Source: the human T2T-CHM13v2.0 reference genome, Homo sapiens. Taken from it: DNA of 64,000 nt. A program made the position numbers and the translations under genes. The first letter of the stretch is position 1; every line of letters starts with the position of its first letter. Positions 53,321 to 64,000 of this stretch are shown piece by piece. The stretch lies in NCBI RefSeq assembly GCF_009914755.1, contig NC_060926.1; one strand, written 5' to 3'. Below the pieces are notes generated by a model. The model had not been told where the DNA came from. It ran no database searches and saw only the letters and a program-made list of their open reading frames with translations.

Positions 53321-54499
53321 ATAAGATGAGAAACACATTCATTACAATGTGAAAGAAAGCCACGTCTGGTCCAAAATGTAGCCTTATGCTTTTCCAGAGA
53401 AAGAGGACATTCGCCTTCTCTAGGTTTAGGTCCTTGATGGGCATGCACATCATTAGGTAAGGGAACAGCTTCCCTGCAGTTGCAGTGACTTCTTTTTGAG
53501 CCAAAAAATATAGGGGGAATTCCAGCTGGTCTATAGGGATCCTACATCCCCTATGTTCCTGTGAGGTGTTGACTTCACACGGCCACCGAAGGCCTCTGAT
53601 CTCAGAAGCCCCCATGTCTTGTAACTGGTATGTGCTGTAGAAGTTATTTTGTCTTGACTTCTGATTTTAATGTTAATTTCCAAAGAAGAAGAATGTTGTA
53701 TTTTCATTTTTAGAAATCTGACTGCAACTTGCCCATCACTTTCAATGGTAAGACCTAGCAGAAAGACACAATATTGAGAAGGCTCCACCTGTGTGCTTGG
53801 CCTGGCTGTCTGATAGAAAAGCACTATAACCACAGGGACATCACTCGGCCTCTGTGTGCCTCAGTTTCCTCCTCTGCAAAATAGCATCAATAGCTACCAT
53901 TCCTACCTGGCAGGACTCTGAAGGGTTAAGTGAAGCAGAAGCCCACACTTCTTATTCTGTCCTGCAAGGCCCTGTCCCATCTGGCCCCACCGTCTTCCAT
54001 CTGGCCCCACTCCCACCCACATCCATGACATTCCCTCCAGCCACTCCGGACACTTCAGGATGGGCACCTCAGGCACAGGCTTTCTCTCTGCTCCAGTCTG
54101 TATCTTCTGTGCTCCCTTCCCTGACCATGTTCCTCGCTAGTCACCTAACCCACTCCTGATTTCCTCAAGGAAATGTCCCCTGAATCCTGCTAGAGGGCAC
54201 ACAGTCTACACAGGCTAGTGATTTTCAACTCTGCTCTATGCCATGGAGACTTTTCTTCAAACAAAAATATTCCACGGTAGTCTATGACGTGGAACAGAAG
54301 AAGCCAGAACTACTCTGGCTGGAGGAGGGAGATGCAGGCGAACCTTAGGCACAGTCAGACACAGCTGAAGAACTGCTGCTCTACTCCAGGCTGTGAGAGG
54401 CCAGAAGACAGGCCCAGGGACTCATGGAGGGGGATGGTCAGTGGCAGACCTAGGGCTAGAATCTGAGTCTAGAGGGCCTGGCCCAAGGTTCCTGACAAC

Positions 54500-54705
54500 C
54501 TTGTACATTCAGAGAGCACTCCATAATTTTCACAGTGCCCTCACAAGCTCTCACAAGCAGTTAATTTCTCTTCTCATCTTCACAGCAACCCTGTGGGAGA
54601 GGGGCTATTATTATTTCTGCTTTCAGATGAAAAAACAGAGGATCGTGGAGCCCACTGAGGACCATGATGGTTGCTAAGTGGCAGAACAGGACCTGCAATC
54701 AGCCT
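54500..54705. mobile_element. MIR remnant in GKN3P intron 3
   Basis: catcttcacagcaaccctgtgggagagggg...ttcagatgaaaaaacagagg...gctaagtggcagaac. Confidence 0.7.
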
Positions 54706-55002
54706 TATTATTAGATCCAACCCCCTATCCCTCCCATCCCACCTGTCCATTCATTGTGTGCAGAATGCCCTGAGAGATTCCTTTCCTCACCCACATCAGG
54801 GGACAGTGCCAAAAGCCCCGGGAGCATCAGGGCTCTGAACGTGTTACCAGTCCTGATGCTGGCCTTTTTTTGGTGCCCAGAGTGGCACTCTGCTGGATGC
54901 TGTACATCAGTCAGAAGAGCAGCTGTGCCACACTGATAGAGAGTGGGTGTCCATTAATATTGTGACTGCATGAATGACGTGTTTCTGCTGTGTTGCTTTA
55001 AG

Positions 55003-55110
55003 GCCCTTTTGGTGGCTAAGGTATTTAACAAGATGGCCTGTGTCCTGGCCAGGATGGACAAGGCAGTCTTCCCAAGTTTGGATGACATTAGCAAGGCCCT
55101 GGACAAGCAG
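55003..55110 (+). pseudogene. GKN3P: GKN3P exon 4 (first BRICHOS cysteine)
   Basis: ctttaag|GCCCTT...AAGCAG|gtaagt; [36 protein letters not shown]. Confidence 0.95.
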
Positions 55111-56130
55111 GTAAGTGAAGCCAGTTCACTGTGGTTTCCTTTTAGTTTGGTGTTTTCCACCTCTGCATCCAACCTCCTAGGACAAGGCTGTGCACACAGA
55201 GAGACTTGGGTCACGCTTGTTCTTCATGCCCATGAAATTCCACCATCATACCAAGGACTCCAGGTGCTGTTGATGGCTCATTCAAGTCAAGTCATAATTT
55301 AATCAAATAAAAGTTCTATACAGTGATCTCATTTTGATGAATTCCAGAAGGGTTTGAGCTACATGTTAGTGAATATAAATTGTTGAATGTAAATATTAGA
55401 GTGAAGTAATAGAATATTCACATTCCCCTACCTTCTTTCTCCTCTACCTAACCCCTAAACATATCCACACATATTCTCTTCAGTTGAAAATAAGCCCAGG
55501 ACTGCTGAAGCTCTCTTCCCCTCAGCTTCTTAAATGACAAAAGTAGTCCAGTAAGTTAAAAACCAGCGAGTGGTCCTGGGCAAGTCATTGAAATCTGCTG
55601 TCATTTGCTTAAGTAGCCTGCACAGCACATTTGGCCGACACTGATATTCATGGCAGGAGTTGCTGACTCTCAGGGGGGAGAAAAAGATACACTTCAGGTC
55701 ACATAAAAATAAGGTAACTTACCAATTTTTTAAAGAGAAAAGCTGAAAGTATCCCATCTGATTTAACAAGCAAAAACATAATATAATGCAACAAAAAAAT
55801 TTAAAGCATTCTATATTTTCATTAGAGATGAGAAAGCATCGAAGACCGAATGAATTATTAAGTTTAAAAGGTTGAAAGGAACGGACAGGAAAAGTCACCT
55901 GAACGCACAGGCAGATTTTTCTGGAGTAATGTCATCACCTTGTGGCCAGACAGGATATTGCTGTTAGAGACTCCAAGAGCCTGTTTGGGTTCGGAGCTAT
56001 TCTGGTCAATTTTATCACCCCATGCACTGCCTCCACTTACTCATGGGCCAGGGTCTCAGATCCTTTTTGTCCTGCTTCCTGTGCCACCCCCAAATGCTGT
56101 CTCATCATTTTGATGTGCCACCCCTTCCAG

Positions 56131-56272
56131 GCTTTTAAGTATTACCCGTCTACTCGCGGCCTGACTTACACTGTTTTACCCAGCTGGGTCAAGAACTTAG
56201 CACAGTATGGAAAGCCCATTAAGAACATGTGCAGAGATGACCCCACCTACTTTGCCCAGCAGCAAAAAGAAG
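56131..56272 (+). pseudogene. GKN3P: GKN3P exon 5 (second BRICHOS cysteine)
   Basis: ccttccag|GCTTTT...GAAG|gtgtgt; ...[16 protein letters not shown]... Confidence 0.95.
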
Positions 56273-57185
56273 GTGTGTTAGCAACTTAACTAGAAACCCA
56301 AGACCATGGGTGAGTCAAAAGGCACAGTATGAATTTTCGGTCATTGACAAATTCTAATAACAGTTGTTGGGTTTGTTCTATTTATTTGTTACTGGATATA
56401 AAAATAATGGGGCCTAGGATGTATTCCCCCTCTGGTTGTGGAGATGATTTCCTGACAGCGGGACTTGCTGAGAATGGCGAGCTGAGTTAACTTAGTCTTT
56501 ATCAGGAGGCTAAGTTCAGTCATCTCATCAGTGGGATTTGACAGTGGGTAGATATCCTCGCTTGACCCAAAGCCTCATCACCCCCTGCCCAAGCAACACA
56601 GAGCCCAGCATCTTATCATTAGAGTCCCATTGCTCTGGGATCCCCATTTTCCTCTTCTGCAAGCTGCCCAGAGGTTGGAAGGCAAAACTCTAATAGTTAT
56701 AGACCACTCTGGAAAAGGAACATCTCAGTGGCTGGCACTCCTGCTAGGAATGTGGTGGCGGATCAGTAGTAACCACCTTGGAAAACCACTAGACAAGACT
56801 TAAAGAGCTGCTTTCTAGTCCAGATAGTCAGTAAGCACTTCCCATTAGGCTGCTGCCAGTCACTTACATCTTAATATAAGTTAACCCAATGAACAGGGGT
56901 TATTCATAACAGGAGGATCCAGCAGGAAAACAGGGAGAACCTGAGGGGCTGGGGTTCAGAAGGATGATTAAGGATCACTTAAAGAAATAGAAAAAGGAGA
57001 GATGAGGCCAATGATTGCAGGGGCAGGCGGTAGTAGGATCTTTCATTTTAGTCCCAGTCTTTTGCTAGAAGAGCTGTCCTGAGCACTACAACTGTGTTAG
57101 TTGCAACTCATAATATAGCCACTCTATTTGGGGGTCTTAAAGTGCTATTTTTTAAAAATAAAAATCCTTCTCTTTCTTTTTAAAG

Positions 57186-57280
57186 GTACTGCCCTGGCAA
57201 TTGACTCCAATTCTTGTTTTGAAATCCAACTTCTGTCCTTTATGGGACTCTTCATCTGCGGTGAGACTCCTGGGCTCTGA
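57186..57280 (+). pseudogene. GKN3P: GKN3P exon 6 coding part, to the TGA stop
   Basis: tctttctttttaaag|GTACT...GGGCTCTGA; phase 1 matches exon 5. Confidence 0.93.
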
Positions 57281-57691
57281 ACCTCCAGGAGGGCTGTCTG
57301 GCATGTGGACTCACCTGGCCTGAGGCCAGTGCTAGGACCCAGCCCTCCCTCTGCCTGTGGGAAGCTGCTCCTTTTAGTCTTCTACCTTCTGCCTTTTGTC
57401 CCAGTACCCAGCTCTGTAATCTGAAAAAGTGTGTCCACTTTCTCCCTCTGGGTTAGAACAACAGTTTCTTGCCTCACTGGTCTAGCAAATGAGTCCTCCC
57501 TGGCTGCCCTGTCCCCTCTCAGCATTCCCGGCTGCATGCAGCCCGGGACCTCCCACTCCGGCATGGTGCAAAGGAGCTGGCACCTCTCCCAGGATGGCTC
57601 ATTTTTAAGGGCTTCTTTCTGGGGTATCTCTTGAGAAATTTCTTGAGAATTTTAGCCAGAAAAAAAAAAAAGAATCAATCAATCAATCAAA

Positions 57692-57697
57692 AATAAA
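57692..57697 (+). terminator. Candidate GKN3P polyadenylation signal
   Basis: First AATAAA I found downstream of the stop (~410 nt), next to a genomic A-run. Confidence 0.4.
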
Positions 57698-57940
57698 CAC
57701 AGACACTAGCCATAGCACAGACTTAGCTGTTGGGTCTGAGGCTATATCTCAGTCTCCTGAAAAATTGGTGCTGAGATTCCAAGGAAGCCTATTCTCTGTG
57801 GTGGCCCAGCCTGTAACATGAAAATTTCTGTGAGAGATCCAGGTAAGCTTCCCTTTGGAACTGGCCTAAGCCCTTTAGTGGTAACTCCCAGGCATTTCTC
57901 TCCATTGCAAATGAATAAGGACCACGGATTCTCAGCACTC

Positions 57941-58177
57941 TTTTTATGTATGTATTTATTTATTGTTTATTTTTTGGAGACAGGGTCTTGCTCTGTCACC
58001 CAGGCTGGAGTACAGTGGTGTGATCATAGCTCAATGAAGCCTCGGACTCCTGAGTCAAGTGATCCTCCTGTCTCAGCCTCCCAAGTAGCTACAACTATAG
58101 GTATGAGTCACCATGCCAGGCTAATAAAAAAAAATTTTTTTTTGGTAGAAACAGGGTCTCACTATGTTGCCCAGGCT
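57941..58177 (-). mobile_element. Partial AluJ, antisense
   Basis: ggagacagggtcttgctctgtcacccaggctggagtacagtggtgtgatcatagctca...tctcactatgttgcccaggct. Confidence 0.88.
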
Positions 58178-59606
58178 TTTTTAATCTGTCTTTTTCTTTC
58201 TCTCTTGTTGAAATCGAATAGGCTTTGTATTTTAACTGTCCGTTCCTATAGCTGGGAGGACCTGAGCCATGCCTACCCAAACCACAGAGCATCCCTGGCT
58301 CCTCTCACCTCAGGAACAAGAATAAATGGGGAAGGAGTGTTAGAGACACATGCGCAGATGTCCACAGAAGGTCAGGCTGGAGTTTGGAGGACTATAAAAT
58401 AAAGTAGGACTGGGTGGGGTGTTGCATAGTGCGTGTGCATGGAGCAGGAGGGTTCTGGGGGATAACAGAGCTGCTAGGAGCCAGTTCTGCCAAGAAGATA
58501 GAGCAGTGGTTGACTGCCTATAGCCAGGAATGAAAGCCGACTGCACCAGAAAAGCCCAAGATGAACCTCTACCAAGGTGTACACGGGATGTGGTTGGGCA
58601 GGCCAGAGGCTCTGAGCCTCTGGAATTGGTCACATATGACTTGTTGAGGGCAAGGCAAGTACAGATACGTACACAGCCACACTATGTGTAAATATCAGAT
58701 GCAATATACCAAGGCTTGGTCAACCCGAGGCCCTGAGAGCACCGTGAGGCAGGGTCTGGCCCCCAAGACTAAGCCCAGTGAATCCCCAGAGTCAAATCAC
58801 CATGGTTGTCAGTGCATCCTGTATGTGCCTTATCCCTGACACCCAGCCTCCACCTTCAACCTGAGCTCTGGGGACCAGTCCCTATCTTGTCGTATGTGCC
58901 TAAGTCCCTGTTACAGTTGCTAGATCCCCACTCCTGAACCTTCTGTGATGGTGGGGGCCTGCTGCCTACTGACCACTCTGATGCCAGTCTCCCTCTTCTG
59001 GACTTCTGAGCTTCAGCTGCTCCTGAATTTCCCATCATCTCTGGACTTCATCCAATTATTATAACATCCTTGTTATTTCCAGGAGACTTCAAGACCCCCC
59101 ACCATGCTTGTCTCCATCTATTACATCCTTGCAGATACTCGCTTTCCAGCTGGGACTGGTTTCCTTCCAGAAATGCCAGGTTCAAGGCCTGCTGCCCTCC
59201 CGATGTGCATCATCACACTTGGCTGTCATTGGCTGGGCTGTGATAGCTCCCTCCTGAGAAAGAGCCAGCACACCCCTCTAGACCTTAGAGGACTTGTCAA
59301 GGTAAATTTGGGTCCTTATAAAGAATCTTCCATGCATGCACCAGGATTTGGGTCCTTTGGGAGTTGGGGTGGTGATGGCAAAAATAGCATTCAAGATGTT
59401 ACCATCCTACTGATGGCCATTGTTAACATTTATTCTCAGAATACATCTACTTCAGCACTCAGTGAAATTTACCATATTTGAATCTCAAATCAGTGTCCCT
59501 GACCCAAATGTATTCCATGTTTATTAAGGCCCTAGCCTTCTGTTTAAGAGGATCATATGAACACTAATAACAGATTGTATGTTCCACCTGGGATTACAGA
59601 ACTTAA

Positions 59607-61329
<1,723 letters not shown>

Positions 61330-61741
61330 AGAACTTAAGCTTCTTGCTGAGTCCATTGAAATAATTTTTGAGTCTCCCTGGGAGTGCCTAAAAGTAGCTA
61401 AGAATGAGCCCAGTGATCTTCCAAGCAGGGAAATCATCTCTCTTTTCTTCCTCCCTTGGGGCAGCCCCTGTCTTTGACATAGGCTGACATAGTCAATGCT
61501 GCCTCTTACAGCTGAGAGAAGGGGCCAGGGAACCCACAGCACCCAGAGTCCTCAGCTGAGCTGTCTCCACCTGCTGCCCCTCTGTGGAGTGCTGCCTTTT
61601 GGGCAGACACTGCCATCTCTGCCACTGATCTGGGGAGCCTGAGGGGGCTTAAGGGGCATTAGCCCTCTGGACCCAGTGCAGAAATAAGAAAAATGAGTCT
61701 CTCCTCACCTTTTGGCATCTCAATCATTCATGTATGCCCTG

Positions 61742-62116
61742 TGTATTAGTTTGTTTTCACACTGCTATAAAGAACTGCCCAAGACTGGGTAATTTATAAA
61801 GAAAAGAGGTTTAATTGACTCACAGTTCTGCATGGCTGGGGAGGTCTCAGGAAATTTACAATCATGGCAGAAGGGGAAGCAGGCATGTCTTACATGGTGG
61901 CAGGTGAAAGAGAGAGTGTGTGAAGGAGGAACTGTCAGACATGTATGAAACCACCATATCTCGTGAGAACTAACTCGCTATCACGAGAACAGCATGGGAG
62001 AAACTGCCCCTGTAATCCAGTCAGCTCCCAACAGGTCCCTCCCTCAACACATGGGGTTTATGGGGATTACAATTCCAAATGAGATTTGGGTGGGGACACA
62101 GAGCTTAACCATATCA
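61742..62116. mobile_element. THE1D/MSTA-type MaLR solo LTR
   Basis: TGTATTAG...accatatCA; perfect TSD ccctg (61737-61741, 62117-62121). Confidence 0.92.
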
Positions 62117-63194
62117 CCCTGCAATGTGTACCCTAGTTTCTTAGAGAAACTAGTGAAAAAAAAGGGGGGGCTTTTCTCATCTGTGGCTACTGTTGTTTTT
62201 ATACTCAGTCCCCACCCACCACCCTGGGACCTGGAATATGAGTTCACTAGGGACTGCACCGGGGACAAATTTGAGCCTGAAACATCACAATGTCATTAAA
62301 CTGCTCCTCCCTCTCCAGAGTTTGTTACTGGATTAGGACTGTGTCCCAGCCCCCTCTTTCCTGAGCAGATCTACCCTGGAAGAATCTTTGGGCACTTGGA
62401 GGATTACCAAGAAGTCTTTAAGTAATGTCTAAATCCCAGCTGGGACTCAAAACTCTCTCGCAATAAATAAAACTCTCCTGCAAGAATTCCATCCTTGCTC
62501 AAGAGTCCTTTCCCAGTGAGAGGAGATCTAAAACAGAGGTCAAATTTCCTGGTCTCCTTGTTTCGAGAAAGGCACTCCATTGACAGACTTCCCTTTAGGG
62601 GGAACATCTTAATTTCCTTACCAGTCCTTTCCACCCCCGATGGTGCCACTTCTAATTCTCCCTGCCACTCCTGCTTCTCTGCAGTCTAGGGAAGAGCCAG
62701 CTGTGTCCAAACTCAGGACCGTGGGTATGGGTGAGCTGGCTCGCCAGCCACAGGAGGCAGCTGCCCAGTGTTCATTTTCTGGCTACCTGCTCACTCTGTG
62801 CTCTCAGTTTCCTTTCCAAGAGATCAGGAGCAGTGCCCCTTATCCTGCCTGGAATGTGCTGCTTCTCCTTGTCCTGCTGTCTGCTTGGGGCGGAGAGACC
62901 CACCCCATAACATAACCCATATGTCAGTAGTTATTTGTGTGGAGCCCCTCCATTGGACTGAGTTAGTTTGGGCGATGCTTTACACAGAGGCAGTACCCCA
63001 GCCGTCCACAGCAGGCAGAGCTGTAGCTGTCCATGGACTTACATCCTCCCCATCCCTGAAGGAAGACCACAGCACTGGGTCCTCTGGCCTGGCTCCAGGC
63101 ACCAGGCAGCTGGAACCCGGGCCTTTCAGTGCTGATGGGCTCTAGCCATGGCCAACTTGTATGTATCTTGAGACTGCTGAAGACTGGATGGGCC

Positions 63195-63385
63195 TCCTTT
63201 TTATTTTGTGTTTTAAATTTTAAAAATATATGAACATTTTTATTGAGTTATACAATGAAGTGCAGATTTTAAGTGCACAGCTCAATGAATGTTTACATAT
63301 ATTCATCCAATGTAGCCATCAACCAGAGGAAGACAGAAGACTTCCAATGCCCCAGAAGGCTTTTTCATGCCACTCCCAGGCAATA
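63195..63385 (-). mobile_element. Old L1M 3' end remnant, antisense
   Basis: ttttattgagttatacaatgaagtgcagattttaagtgcacagctcaatgaat. Confidence 0.65.
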
Positions 63386-64000
63386 GCCAACCTCGCCCTT
63401 GGCCCCAACGGAGTGGAAAGGGATAGTAATGGAATTATCCTTTAATTTATCCTTAGCATAATGGAATATGCTGAGGAGTTCTCAGCAAAAATCAAACACA
63501 CTCTGGCAAGTCTCTTGAGATGGGAGTCAACTGCAGATGGTAAGGGGCTGGTGAGTAGCCCCAGGATTCTCCCTATTGTGATTAGTTTGGGTCAAACAGG
63601 AGAAAAGAGAAGCTAACAAAGGTCATGAATAAGAGGACAGGATGATTGTCCATTGACCAGGCATTGCTTACCTAAGGCCATGTATGGGTGTAGCAACAGT
63701 AACTTTTTAGAGGAAGATTGAGGGGTGAGCTGCATCATTAGAGGCAGTGAGGGGTGAATTCTTGGGGTGTCCCTTTTTGAGGTCATATGCTACTGCATGA
63801 GCTGGAAGGGCCATGCAGCAGCCAGGGAATCCTTCCCTAGTGGTTAAAAGCATGCTGAGGAAATGGGCTTACCACCTTAAAATGGGATACACCTAGATCC
63901 TAAACGCCAAGAAGCACTCGATTCCATTCCTGAATGTGTGCTGAGCCCTGTGCATCAGAGTTGCTGCAACATCGGACATTTCCCCAAGAGCCAAGGGAGA

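Larger units (their letters stand above)
51694..57280 (+). pseudogene. GKN3P: Gastrokine 3 pseudogene (unprocessed, 6 exons, 181 codons; signal peptide plus BRICHOS domain)
   Basis: Exons 51694-51705, 52951-53004, 53186-53320, 55003-55110, 56131-56272, 57186-57280 sum to 546 nt and give [86 protein letters not shown]...[11 protein letters not shown]...[21 protein letters not shown]; stop at codon 59; position next to BMP10 fits the gastrokine cluster. Confidence 0.95.

Noticed and set aside
53321-55002. Intron 3 of GKN3P as a minor-spliceosome AT-AC intron
   Set aside because: Donor is ATAAGA, not ATATCCTT, and the acceptor is AG; a GT>AT mutation is the simpler explanation.
54970-56289. ORFs 54970-55302 and 55942-56289 as independent small genes
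   Set aside because: They are GKN3P exons 4 and 5 extended into flanking intron sequence.
57660-57697. A-run after GKN3P as a retrocopy poly(A) tail
   Set aside because: The gene retains all introns, so it is an unprocessed pseudogene; the A-run is genomic and could cause internal priming.

Overview
Primate (human-like) genomic DNA, recognisable as the BMP10-GKN3P interval. Left end: exon 1 and promoter of BMP10 on the minus strand (CDS 1803..1470, then intron). Right end: the complete six-exon gastrokine-3 pseudogene GKN3P on the plus strand (51694..57280). I could reconstruct it exon by exon into a 181-codon signal-peptide plus BRICHOS reading frame. It carries a TAG at codon 59 (the known W59X allele) and also a destroyed intron-3 donor (ATAAGA instead of GTAAGA). 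The ~50 kb between these divergent genes is mostly retroelements (two near-full-length old L1s head-to-head, Alus, MaLR/ERVL LTRs, MIR/L2), with a few unique islands rich in cardiac or epithelial transcription-factor motifs. I see no prokaryotic-style novel system. The most interesting points are the second GKN3P lesion, a possible in-frame exon-3-skip rescue isoform, a decayed duplicate-like first exon in GKN3P intron 1, and several candidate enhancers. Repeat subfamily names come from remembered consensus sequences and are approximate.
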